This document shows, in pieces, positions 50,268 through 62,620 of a DNA stretch of 64,000 nt. The notes under the pieces are model-generated. The model had not been told where the DNA came from. It ran no database searches and saw only the letters and a list, made by a program, of their open reading frames with translations. Numbering within the stretch: the stretch's first letter is position 1; each line of letters begins with the position of its first letter. This DNA comes from Takakia lepidozioides. Lineage: Eukaryota; Plantae; Bryophyta. The position numbers and the translations under genes are program-made. The stretch spans positions 59,148,001 through 59,212,000 of the forward strand of contig CM060731.1 of assembly GCA_030704615.1 (NCBI GenBank), written 5' to 3'.

Positions 50268-51255
50268 TGTCGCGCGGCTTTTACTCACCCATCCCTTCGC
50301 TATCCGAGGCGGAAACTCCAAGATAGAAGAGTTGGAAATCTCTAAGTACTCAGCCCGCTCAGAACAATCAGTCATGACCTACAGCTAGTGTATCATGGGG
50401 GTGTTTCCTATTTGTTTTCCTTTCCGCATTCATGTTAGCTAGCTACCTTACTATTGATAATTAAGTATCAGTTTGCTTCATCAATCTATCGGATTCCATC
50501 AACTCATCCATTCATTCCACAGCTTCACTCAGATCTCTCTACACAGTGTGAGTATGAAGTATGTATCAGATTAATATCTATCAAGTATCAGGCTGAAGCC
50601 ATGGTGTCTCTAATCTACTCTACATTACAATTCTATAGCTTGCATTCATCAAGTAACAACAGATCGTCACTTCTCCTACTCCGTGCTCTTCATCTTTCCA
50701 CTCAGAGATGTGCTCTCCCCTCTATTTCCAAGCCCTGATGCCAGAAGTCCCCCCCAAGAAGTGATCTCCCCCCAATCCATCCTCTCCCAGTCCTTGCTCC
50801 TAGCTTTATATTCCTACCCGTTGTTCTAACCGTTTCCCTTACTAACCGTCGTCCGTGAACTAACATGTTCCATTCGCAGGTGTTGTTCCTCACAGTCGTT
50901 CCCTGTCCTGCTATCCGTTCCTTATGGTCGTGACAGCTGTGTCAAGCTGTGACTGGCTGTGTGAAACTGTGACGGGCTGTGACTGGCTGTGCGACTGTGT
51001 GGCTGTGCCGGGCTGTGTCGGCTGTGCGAAGCTGTGACGGGCTGTGTTGGCTGTGACTGGCTGTGTTGACTGTGTCTGGCTGTGTCGGCTGTGTCGGGCT
51101 GTGACGGGTTGTGTTGGCTGTGACGGGCTGTGTAACCCCCCTCTAAAGTGCGCTGCTGTCACCCCTAAGGCTCCTGTTGGTCTCAGTCTGTGCAAAAATT
51201 AAGGGTACCCCACAGATCCCGTATAAGTGTCTAAGTCCCAGACAGTCCTCTAACA
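50268..51255 (-). repeat. 3' LTR (988 bp)
   Basis: Direct repeat of 62513-63924. Confidence 0.97.
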
Positions 51256-51272
51256 TTACCCCTTCCCCTCTC
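51256..51272 (-). promoter_or_regulatory. Polypurine tract
   Basis: GAGAGGGGAAGGGGTAA on -, abutting the 3' LTR. Confidence 0.9.
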
Positions 51273-51293
51273 AAAAAGCCGTGTCCTCACGGT

Positions 51294-54200
51294 TTACTGA
51301 TTGGGATTAGCAAACCTTTGTGAGCGAGCACCTTTCTGACGTTGAGAGTTTCGTGGCGGACTGTGTGTACGAGCCCGAGGTCTGTCACTGGTTGACGGAG
51401 ATGATTGAACACTACCCGGATAAGTGAGGCCCTCTGGAGGCTGATATCGAGGTAACCTTTCAGGCATAGGAGACCCCCGTCGCTTCTTCTCTGCCATCTG
51501 AATTGCATAGTCTTCTCCCATGTCAAAAGAATCCGCTGAAGAAACAGTTGTATCAGAATCCTCATCGCCTCTCAGGTGTTTTAATTGTCGAACTTTTTGT
51601 GGAATCCTCTGGGGCATACAATGTTGTCCTACCATGTCTGGAAGTTTATATTTTAAAACTTGCTGTAAACGCTGAATGGCAAAATTGGTGAAGACCCTGA
51701 GCTCCTTGTCTGTCCAGGTGAGTGGGGTACCAATGACTTGTGAATTGTGCAAGTATTTCCATGCCACATGTCCCTTATAGAAAATATCATCAATGCCGAA
51801 TTTCTGTGTTGACAAATTGTTCCAGGCCGCATGAAACCATGAACGAATTTGAGAATCCTTTTGCATCATAACTTTTGCCTCATATAGGTACATATGAGGT
51901 GGCACTGAAGGTAAGACCCAATGATCCCCACTGGAATAACTCAGAAAGCGCGATTGCATCTTGTGCTGCTCAATGTGATAACGTACCAGAAAACAAGCAG
52001 CGTAGTATAACCCGCATCCCATGACAATACTTGCTACCTCCTTGGTCTTGGTATAAATGAATCCATGTACAACTTGGAAGGCAATTAATTCCTTCAACAT
52101 TGTACCTGCCTCATGCCAGTATTGTGCAAAGTGATGATCCTCAATTGGTCGATTGTTCGGAAGAACTTTAGTCCTAGTTGCCACTGGCAGCCAAATGCGC
52201 ATGATTTGGTAGTAATGTGCCAATGACTGCGGAGGACTAAATTCTTTCCAAGCCAAATCCAACATGATGGGAATTTGGTTGAAGGGCATAATCATAGCCC
52301 TACTGTACTCCCTTGCAGCTGGAGTTTTAGGTGGGTTAAAAGCAGCATTGCCCCATACCTCAGGCTGTGGTGGCTGTGGTGTGGTTGTAGTAACAACAGG
52401 GTCAGCTACTGGCACAGTGACTTGTTGTGGTGTTGGTGGCACTGGCTCTTGTATCATTGGCATCTCCTGCACCTCCTGTGAAGAAGACTGAAAAGCCAAA
52501 GTTCTGGCTTGTAAATAAGAAGCCATTAGCTGTTCCTCAGGTATATAGACTCTTTTGTCGATATTTGAAGTGAGGTCCTCCACTTGAGTCTGCAGTCCGT
52601 CTACATCCTCCTGTAACTCTGCTATCCTACTATAGACATTGTCTATAGTAGTTGTGGCAATGTTCTGCACTTGCAGTCTGAGCTCATTCATCTCGCTTTG
52701 GGTGAGCTTTCGTGGTGCTTTGCCCTCCACTGGCCCTTGTGCTAACCAGACCTGCATAAGGTGGTTATCCACCAAGTTGCTTGTGGTTCCTCTGAGAGTG
52801 TGCTCCTCTCTCAGTTTGTACACATCTAATTGCTGTTGTAAAGCCTCCATGCGCTTCGCATGAGGTTCAACCAAATTCGCATAGGCAGCAAGTAGATTAT
52901 TGGCTTCCTTCCAAGCCTTGTTAGTGACCGAGATTTCATTTCTATTGGCCATGATCGTTTGTTGCAACTCCAGGATGTGCCTCTCTTGATCAGCTTCAAT
53001 CTGCCTGTATTGCTTGAAAGTATCCTCATTGCGACAGATTGTATTTTTCATATCGACAATGAGTTTCATTTGCTCAACATTCTCTGCTTCTGCCTTCGTA
53101 CATTTTTCCGCTTGACTGTTTATTTCTTTTGTAGATTGGTCAAGCATAGTTGTGAATGTAGCACATTGTATGGCCATCCTGTCATGCACTGTCTGCAACT
53201 CCGTATGTAGTGCATTCACTTCTTGCAACTTGCTTTCATGCTTCACCTGCATTTGGTATAGCTGTTGCTTATGTGCTTCGTGCAACTGGTCTTGCGCGAG
53301 GCCTGCCTCAATCAATTGTTCCTTGGCCAATTGCAAAGCCGTTTCTGTATTCTCCAAGTCTTGCTGCATCTTGAGAGTGACCTCTCATCGACCTTGTTTG
53401 CACACTCAGTGGCTAGTCGAGCCTCAAACTCCTTCCTGAGTTCCTCTCTCAAGGCTGTCAATTGGGTAGTTGGAACATGGGATTTGACATAAGTCCCCAA
53501 CAAATTAAGTGTCCTGCCTATGGAACTCATAAGCATTGCCTGTTGAGGGTCATCATGGTGAGCTTGCTGCTGTTCTTCCTGATCCTCAACAGTGTGATGT
53601 CTCACGAACCACTCAGGCCATTGTCCCACCAGATTTTCTTCCTGAACCACTTCATCCATCACCGGTGCTGCAGTGTCTTGACATTCTACCTGTGGTACCT
53701 CCGGCACAGGTGTGTGTATTATATGCACCTCAGGATTTCCCTTGGGCAACTGTTGCACCTCTGGAATCTCTGTCTCCTTGACCAGACCAGAATATTCATA
53801 GAGAAGGTCCCCCTTCTCAATTTCTGCCACTATCTGTTCTGTAGTGGGAATATCTAACCCTTCTTTTTCCAAATCAATTATTTCTGGTTGAGCTGCATGG
53901 ACAACTTGTGGTAACCTTGTGACAAGCCGATCATCTGGCTGTGATGGCTGTGATACTGAAGTAACTTCCTCTTCCCTCTCTGAAGGTCCTGCTTCTAGTA
54001 ATAGCAGTTCTCTGTGCTGCTGTGCCCCTTCCTGCACAAAAACTTGGGAAACATTATCATGCGGATTCCGTGAAGCCAGTGGATCCGCCACTACAGTCTT
54101 TCCCCGCCTCTGTCTCTTATTCTCGGGTTGCCCTGCCAGTCCACCCTCACTGTGTGAAGAGCCTTGCTCTTCCATTGCAGTGGTTTCTGGCTCAAACACT

Positions 54201-54975
54201 CCCATCTCCTTTCTTTCTCGAGCATCAAGTATGCCAGAATCAAGAATTATTTGAGCAATGATTGGGCCAGACACTATGATAGGAGACTTTGCGGCAGTAC
54301 CCTGTAATCTTTTCATCTCCTCTACCAGTGCGTTGTACATTATGTCCGCCCATTCTACCTCTTCTCCTCTCAGGGCTTTGAGTATTTCTTCTGTGAAGGA
54401 TCTGCTCAAATACTGTTGGTTCTGTTTCATGGCAAACAGAACGTTCAATACCTGGCCTACCTCCCTTAGCCCTGGGTACACGGCCTTGGTACAAGCATAA
54501 CCCTGAGTTTTAAAGAAACTCCCTTCTTGGAATAAGTCCCTATTTGCAGTCTTGCCCTGTGCTCCTCCACATGCACCTGACCTGCTGGCAATTGAAACAA
54601 TTGCTGTAGGTATAGGGGAGTAATTTCTAATTCAACTCCCTTCACCGTTGTTGCTCCTGTCTTAGGCTCAAAGTTCTGCAAGAATTGTAACATGTACTGT
54701 CTATGGTGCAATGTCCAATCTTTGCTTTGCAATCCTTGCAATCTCAGCTCCTTCAGTAACTGTACCGCCTGTGGAGTAGCAATCGTTTGTTTCTGCAGGA
54801 TTGTGGTGCTCTTCACCCTGATTTCCTCCATTCCTCTCACTCTCTTCATTCTAGACCCACAGAAATGTTTTGGCTGTAACAATTGAAGAAATGCCTGCAG
54901 GGCACAAAGCATAAACGTATGGTTGCCACAAAAACTATGGGTAATTTCTTGTAAGCCTGCGGGGCTTGCAAGCAT
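51294..54975 (-). CDS. 3' accessory ORF(s) downstream of integrase (Athila-type accessory domain, acidic linker, coiled coil, conserved aromatic C-terminal domain)
   Basis: Overlapping ORFs 54466-54975, 53312-54481 and 51294-53369 probably form one ~1200-aa frame with two frameshifts; QFLQNF...VKGVELEIT..LQQLFQLP.G resembles plant retrotransposon accessory proteins. Confidence 0.7.
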
Positions 54976-55199
54976 CGATCAAGAGAAAAGATCCGCTCTG
55001 TTCTTTTGTGTCTATGCCACTGCGTAAGTAATATTGCGAGCGTATAGTCTGTTAGTTCCTCCATAGCTTCAAAGCTATAGCATTGATGGACTGTCCCGTC
55101 GAGACGCCCGTTACTTAGAACGACGCCGACTCTTGCGCTTAAATTCCCTCCAATTTCTTGATCTCTTTTCAGGCTTTCGATTGGCTGTAACCGCTGTGA

Positions 55200-58100
55200 C
55201 TAGATTTTAGATTTAATTTTCTTTAGTGGACTTTCCCTGCTGGATTGTCCACTAGGATCACACATGTGACAAGAATTTCGCTTTTCTGTACTTGCCGTTT
55301 GTTCCGTTCCCCTTTTTTCGTATTCATTAATGGGCCCGCCATTCATCCGAATTGACGCGCTAAGTAGGTACTTTGACGGCCATTCTTGTCCTCTTTCTTG
55401 ATGACACCTGTTCTTGCACTTCCTTCTCAGCTGTGTGTCGCGCCCTGACTTCCACGTGTCTATTTTTAAACTGGTTTCCGTCCTTTCTTCCGTCGGCCAT
55501 TTTCCTGAAGTTATTGTGCGTCCACCTGTCACTGATTCTATGGATTGTGTAACCCTAGTAGGCTGTGTTGAGCTGTGACAGGCTGTGTCATACTGTGGTA
55601 CGCTGTGATAGGCTGTGATGCACTGTGGTAAGCTGTGATAGGCTGTGACACGCTGTGACACGCTGTGGTAGGTTGTGATAGGCTGTGTTGCGCCGTGCTG
55701 GGCTGTGATAGGCTGTGTTTCGCCTTGATGGGCTGTGATAGGCTGTGTTTTGCCTTGATGGGCTGTGATAGGCTGTGTCACGCTTGTTCTGCCCGCCCTG
55801 GTCATATATGCTCGGTCTAGCGACAAGTGCTCCATACTCCGTTGGTAACACTGGGCAGCCCGTGACTGCTCTTGCGTTTCAACATGCAAATCATGCTGCA
55901 ATGGTTTGTCATGGATACCACTGTATCCCTTTAACTTATTGGCATTGACTCTTCCCAGCATTTCTTTGTTAATGGTTTGTAACATGGCGGTGTTGTTATC
56001 ATACATCTTTTGTATGACATAAGGTCCTTTCCATGGTGATTTAAGCTTAGAAGCTTTAATCTTTCCCTTCTTCTGCAACCATAGAACCAAATCTCCCGTC
56101 TTAAAAGTTTTTAACTTGCCTTCATCAAACTGTTCCTTCCTCTTCATCTGAATTCTGGTCATATTATCAGCTGCATCAGCACGTACTTCTTCCACATGGT
56201 ATAATTCATGTTTCCTGACCTTAATGGAATCTTGCAATTCCATTCTCTTTCCCCATTCCGTTCTCATGGTAGGTAACAGGAATTCCACTGGAAGTAAGGC
56301 TTCCATACCATAAACTAATTGGAATGGTGTATACTTAGTGGTGACTTTATATGAAGTCCTGTATGACCACAAAGCTGTCAGCAGCTTTGTATCCCAATCC
56401 GTTCTGTTTGCATTGACTATCTTAGCCAAGATAGTACATAGTATTTTGTTGGTAGCCTCTGCCTGCCCATTACCCTGTGGGTAATATGTTGTACTCTTCC
56501 TATGCACAATCATGAACTCTTTAGTCAACAATTCAATGGTCTCATTAATGAAGTGACTTCCCTGATCACTGATAAATTCCAGGGACAGCCAAATCGTGTA
56601 AGTATGTTCTCATACAGGAACCTTGCTGTGGACTTGGCTGTGTTGTCCCTCAAAGCTTTAGCTTCCACCCACTTCGTAGTATAATCAGTGGCTGTAATTA
56701 TGTACCTGTTCCGTGTATTCTTGGCTGGTGGGTTAATTGGTCCAACAAAGTCTAGTCCCCATTTCTGAAATGGTTCCGTAGGCATTGTAGGATGCAAGGC
56801 CATCCTTCCAGATCTCTGCAAAGGTCCTAGCCTCTGACATTCATCACAACTTTGACAATACTTGTGTACATCTTTGAACAAAGTAGGCCACCAGTAACCT
56901 GCGAGTAGTATCTTTCTACTGGTAGTCTCTTCTCCAAAATGACCTCCAGCCACTCCTTTATGAACTTCCTCCAAAACTTTATTTACTTCATGGTGGTACA
57001 AGCATCGTTTTAGTACTCCATCAGGTCCTAGCTTATACATTCTGCTTCCTACCATAGTATAAGGTAAAGCTTTGATAGCGATTCTCTTCCTCTGCTCCTT
57101 ACCATAACTAGGTGGGCATTGACCATGAGTAAGGTAGTATCTGATTGGCCACTGCCAATCTAACCATTCATCTGCACTTCCTTGCACCTCCATTACAAAT
57201 AAACTCGCATCAGGTAACTGATCGTCCACTCCTGTGGCGGCCTCTCCTGTTGTTAGTCGTGACAAATGATCTGCCACAAGATGCAAACGGCCAGGCTTGT
57301 AAACAACTTCGAACTCAAACTCATGCAAGATTATTAACCACCTCGCTATCCTTCCACTTATCAAAGGTTTGTTCACCAGATATATCAGAGCCTGGTGATC
57401 CACATAAAACATAAACTTTCTTCCCAATAGGTAATGCCTGAATTTCTTGACTGCATAAATCATTGCCAGTGCTTCTCTTTCAGTTGTGCTATAGTTCCTT
57501 TCAGCACTGTTCATCAACCTGCTAGCATAGTACACAGGTGAATCTATATTTCCTGTAACATTCTGGGCTAACACCGCTCCCAACGCTTCTCCTGATGCAT
57601 CACAGTGAACATGAAATACTACATGCCAGTGAGGGTTAATCAGCACAGGTGTAGTTGTTACTGACAGTGTAAGTTCCTCAAACGCCTGTTGACATTCAGC
57701 TGTCCAGGCAAACACTGCATCTTTCTTCAGAAGCTTGCTCAATGGTGCTGCTATTTGTGCATACCTTTTGACAAATCTTCTGTAATAACTGGTTTGCCCA
57801 AGGAATCTCCTTAGACTCTTAACATTCACTGGTGGTGGAGAGGCTTTAATGGCCTCTGTCTTCCTGGGATCCACAAGAAGTCCCTTCTTACACACAATGT
57901 GTCCCAGAAGCACCCCTGAGTTCACACAGAAAGTACACTTCTCTGGATTCAGGCCCAGACCTCTCATCCTGCATCTGGCCAGACATAACTCCAATTTATG
58001 CAAGTGCTCATTCTTAGAGCTGTACACACTGAAATCATCCAAGAACACCTGCATGAAATCATCCAGATACTCATGAAAAGATTCACTTATTACTCTCTGA

Positions 58101-58898
58101 AAGGTTGCTGGTGCATTACAAAGTCCAAAGGGCATGACTTTGTATGCATAAGCACCCCAGTCTGTGATGAAAGCTGTCTTTCCTTGTCTTCTTCTGCCAC
58201 TTGCACTTGATTATAACCACTGAAGCCATCCATGAATGAGTACATCTCATGGCCTGCCACAGTGTCCAATACTGCTTCTGTGAATGGCAAAGGGAAAGGA
58301 TCTTTCTTCGTACAAGCATTCAGCTTCTTGTAGTTCACACATACTCTTAGTTTACCATTCTTCTTGGGAACTATACAATGGGTGACAACCAAGTTGTATA
58401 CTCTATTGGTATATAAACTTAGCCTCAGCCAACTTCTTGATCTCTTCTCCAACCTTCTGTGCGTAGTTGGGATTCATTCTGTACCGCCTGCTTGATTGGT
58501 ACTGACCCTGGTTCCAGTTCAATCTTATGCTGACAGACTTCAGGTGGTATCCCTTTTAGATCCTCATAGCTCCAAGCAAATACATCTCTGTATTTGATGA
58601 ACAAGCTCTTAGCTTCTTCAAAGAATTCTGGCTCCAAATCAGCTCCTACTTTCACCATCCTCGGTTCCTCTTTAGTTCCCACATTCACTTCCCTCACCTG
58701 CTCATCAGCTGTGATTGTCCAACCAGTCACCACTTCATCCTGTAAGCTCACAGTGGCTGGTTCCTCTAGGATTTCCATTTCTCCTTCTCTTTCTTCATAG
58801 AAATGTGATGGGTAACTGCTGGTTTCCTCTTCAGTTGGTGTTGCTGACACTACACCACAGCAGATACCTCTTAAACAACTTAGGCTTTCCAGCCGCAT
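55200..58898 (-). CDS. pol: pol: reverse transcriptase, RNase H, integrase (frameshifted)
   Basis: [23 protein letters not shown]...[15 protein letters not shown]...[32 protein letters not shown]. Confidence 0.95.
55555..55780. repeat. GGCTGTGATA/GCTGTG repeat tract downstream of integrase GPY module
   Basis: Same GCTGTG core as the LTR tract; read in frame as TQPITAHQG repeats. Confidence 0.85.
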
Positions 58899-59895
58899 CT
58901 CTGCAACCTGCTCCCACTCTGGGTGTGCAGCAACAAGGTAGCTTCCTGCTCCTCATCCAGTCCTCCTCTCCAGTCATACTCTCTGACCCTCGAGGTCTTC
59001 TCGTAGCAGGTAATCTACTAGATTTCTTTGTGGTAATTTGTATCTCGTGTATCCCATTATGCACGGTTAGTAACTGAGAATTCCAGTCATGGAATACCCT
59101 GGCCTGTTTCAGCCACGGACGTCCCAATAATAAGGAGTAAGCCTCCATGACTTCATCCATCTTCAACACAGTTACTGTGATCATAAAGATCATCTTCTGT
59201 ATCTGTATCTTAACTCCTCTTATTAATCCCAATGGCTGTACACTTCTTTGATCTGCCATTGTTACTGTAAATGGGGCTGGTTTCATGTTACTTAGACCAA
59301 GCTTCTTTCTTAATTGGTCTGTCATGATATTTACTCCAGAACCTCCATCTATCAGTACATCAGTTAGTTCTGTGCTTCCAATTCTCAATTGGATTACTGG
59401 CATAGAATCATCAAAGTCCATGACTGTTTCTCGCCCTTCCGGCTTCACATTATAACTGGTCACCTTGCTGTTCAGGTCTGTGTTTCCTGTCTCCTGGGCA
59501 ATTCGATTGATTGCTTGATACAGCCTGTGCCTACAATAAGGTGCCACAGCCAATAGCTGTCCAATGGTAATCTCTGCTTTGGTCTGGCATATTACTTCAG
59601 CCAAAGTCTCTTCATTACTTTGCATGTCTGCATCTTCTTTCTTCCTTTCATCCTCACTCACTTCTTCTTCTCCATCAGAATCAGAGGAATCTGCCACAGG
59701 AATATCAGTACTCTTCTGCATTTCCCTTATGGTATCTGCCACTTCCTTGTGCAGTTCCTTCTCATCTTTCCAAGTCTCTTCATCTTCAGGCATATCACTG
59801 CCACCTTCATTATCATCATCTTCCTCAACTACTGGAGGTATTAGTTTGGCTTTGCTTCTGTTACTATCATTGTACTTACTTCTGGTACAACACAT
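58831..59895 (-). CDS. Aspartic protease region
   Basis: VLIDGGSGVNIM ... YSLLLGRPWL. Confidence 0.9.
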   Translation of the reverse strand: MCCTRSKYNDSNRSKAKLIPPVVEEDDDNEGGSDMPEDEETWKDEKELHKEVADTIREMQKSTDIPVADSSDSDGEEEVSEDERKKEDADMQSNEETLAEVICQTKAEITIGQLLAVAPYCRHRLYQAINRIAQETGNTDLNSKVTSYNVKPEGRETVMDFDDSMPVIQLRIGSTELTDVLIDGGSGVNIMTDQLRKKLGLSNMKPAPFTVTMADQRSVQPLGLIRGVKIQIQKMIFMITVTVLKMDEVMEAYSLLLGRPWLKQARVFHDWNSQLLTVHNGIHEIQITTKKSSRLPATRRPRGSESMTGEEDWMRSRKLPCCCTPRVGAGCRDAAGKPKLFKRYLLWCSVSNTN

Positions 59896-61903
59896 GGCCT
59901 AACCATGTGAGCTGCCACCACTGGGCCCTCATTCACAGGAGCTCTCATCTCATTCTGGTGTCTAATCCAGAATGAACAGGCTGCCTTGCGATGTCCTGGC
60001 CAATAGTAACATAGTTCTTCACCATTGGGTCCTCGCCCTTGGTCTGCTCTTGGATTATTTCTGTAATCCTGATTCCCGGGCTGGTAATTCCCCCTTGGAT
60101 TACCCTGATAGTTGCCTCTGGAATTTCCTTGGTAATTCCCTCTTGAATTACCTCTCCCTTCCATGCCATTGTTATAACCACCAGACCTACCATAGTGGTC
60201 CTGATCATTGTTTCTTCTTGGCTGGGGCTGCACCTGATGCACCCTTACTTGCCTAGGTTCTCTTGCACTGTCCTTCTGTTGTAGTAACAATTCTCAGTAG
60301 AATGGTTATCCATTTTACAGATAGTACAGTGTTTCTCCTTCATGTGGCATTCTGTGGTGGTATGGCCTTCATTCTGGCACTTTGCACACCATACACCCTT
60401 CCTCCAATGTGTTGCAGCCTCTGTGGCATACTTCTTCAAGATTTCTTCCAATCTTTTCTCATAGTTATCCCTCTTCAACTTCTCCTTTCTCTTACTCTTC
60501 CTTTTTAGTTCTTGCTCTTCTTCTTCATCTGACTCATCCTCAGAGTCCTCATCATCCCTTTTCTCTCTCCTGAGCATTCCCAATTGCTCAATTCTGTTTG
60601 CAGTTTCAAATGCCTCCTCCACTGTATTATGGGGTAACATATCCACTTTCTTTTGCAACTCTGGTCTTAGTCCACTCACAAACCAAGTCTTCTGTAAACC
60701 TGGTGCTGGTACTGCAGCCAGCTTTTTCATCATCAATTCCATCTTTTCCATATACTCCTCAACAGTTTCATGCTTCTTTTGCTTTAACTGTTGTAAACTT
60801 CCATACACTTCATCCTCAGTTTTACTTGTCCTGAACCTATTTCGGAATGCTGTATTCAAGCCATTCCAGGTTAGGAAATGATTATCAGGGAATCTTGCAT
60901 ACCATTCACTTGCTTTCTTGATAAGTGAACAAGGAAACAATCTCATCTTGGCATCATCGCCATTCTCATTGTTCACTATACACATGTGCTCAAATTGGCT
61001 AATGTGTACATCGGGATCCCCTTTTCCTGAATATATTGGAAAGGTGGTTTTGCCCGTGTTGGTTGTAACGCCATCTGTGGCCCTACCTTCTGCCCACTGA
61101 CAGGTGCTGGCACCCTTGCTGGTGCTGGTCCTTCTGGACCTGTTGTTTTTGTGGTGGATCTTCCACCAAGTGGTGGCCCTGAGCACTCCCTGCTACTGGC
61201 CCCACGATATTCACAGTATTCCCAGCTCCAGTTGCACTACTTCCCACACTCCCTGTCCCCCCAGAGCCAGATCCAGGCAGCCCGCCTGATCCCCCTGAGC
61301 CGACACCTTCGTTGGCCTGTGATCCAAGTGCTCCACTTGATCCAGGTCCAACGGGTTGGGATGTCCTGGTTGTAGTCTCAACCTCAGCTGTTGGGTCTAC
61401 TTCTTCATACTCTTCCTCTTCCAATTTCTTCTCTCTGTTTTCATCCTCCAAGTTCTGCCCTTGGGTTTCTTCTTCACTCATGTAACTCAACTGCAATGGT
61501 GTTGGAGAGTCTGAACTCTCCGTTGGCTCTGCCACATCCTCTCCTCCTCTTCACCTTCCGCTTCAGAAACTGGAGTTCCTGCTTTTGGTGTTCCATGCCA
61601 ACTCTTATCAAAGATTTCTGTCAAATCTTTTATCCAGGGATGTACCTCAGATCTTTCACCTCGTGATTGATCTTCTTCCCGTACCAATTCCCTTAATCTT
61701 TCTTGCAAAGAAACAGAAGGAGTGGCATCCAACTCTAGTTCTTCCGGTATGGGTGATGTACTCTTTGATCTTAATGGTGTGAGAGGTCCAGATGATTCCC
61801 CTATGTCTATTCCTCTCTCCCAAAGATATGGATAATTAGCTTTCAGATAGCTTTCTCTTTTTGCTGAATATCTCTGGCGTCTAGCTTCTCTTTCATCACT
61901 CAT
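59841..61903 (-). CDS. gag: gag (frameshifted)
   Basis: YSGKGDPDVHISQFE...RLFPCSL..ASEWY; zinc knuckles CAKCQNEGHTTTEC and CTICKMDNHSTENC; N-terminus from MSDERE at 61903. Confidence 0.9.
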
Positions 61904-61925
61904 GTCCCATGTCTTTCATTTCTTT

Positions 61926-62620
61926 TTAATGTGGCAATAACCAAAACTCTCTTCTGTAATATCTCTCGTATATGCCTGGGTTTCTTTCAAGCTTCAATGC
62001 ACCCTTGGCTATACTTGAAGTCTCCGTTACCATATAACCATATGGCAAACAAGTCTGGAAAGCTGTTCTTGGTGTGAGTTTGATCCACAAAATATCCTTT
62101 GGAATCCAATTCTTTACCAGTACAAGCTCTTCATGCATATGAGTATAAACATTCACTTTTCTTTCCTCCCAGCCTTCAAACTCTACTCGCTTAATGGATA
62201 GCAATGCTATCACATAAACCAATGTTGGTAACCAACGTGCTCTTCCTCTACAGGCCACCTGATAAATCTTTATCACTCCTTTCTCCAGACCCCACTCAGG
62301 GTCAGCATCATGCACTCTCTTAAGAATGTTTTCTTTACAACCGTCTGGCAATTCCAAAACCTCTGGAAGAATCGTTTGGACAATCTTTCCTTCTCAGTTT
62401 CACAAGGAATTTGATTCACATCAAATTCTTTAATTTTCCAACCACCATGATCCCACCAGATGCCTGTCACATCTGGTTGTTCATGACCCAGTTCCCCAGT
62501 ATGGTCGCCAAATGTCGCGCGGCTTTTACTCACCCATCCCTTCGCTATCCGAGGCGGAAACTCCAAGATAGAAGAGTTGGAAATCTCTAAGTACTCAGCC
62601 CGCTCAGAACAATCAGTCAT
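61926..62620 (-). CDS. 5' extra ORF (ORF0), unknown function
   Basis: ORFs 62273-62620 and 61926-62357 join through one frameshift; homolog at ~9158-9734. Confidence 0.6.
62493..62510 (-). promoter_or_regulatory. Primer-binding site, tRNA-Arg-like
   Basis: TGGCGACCATACTGGGGA, 2 nt inside the 5' LTR. Confidence 0.75.
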
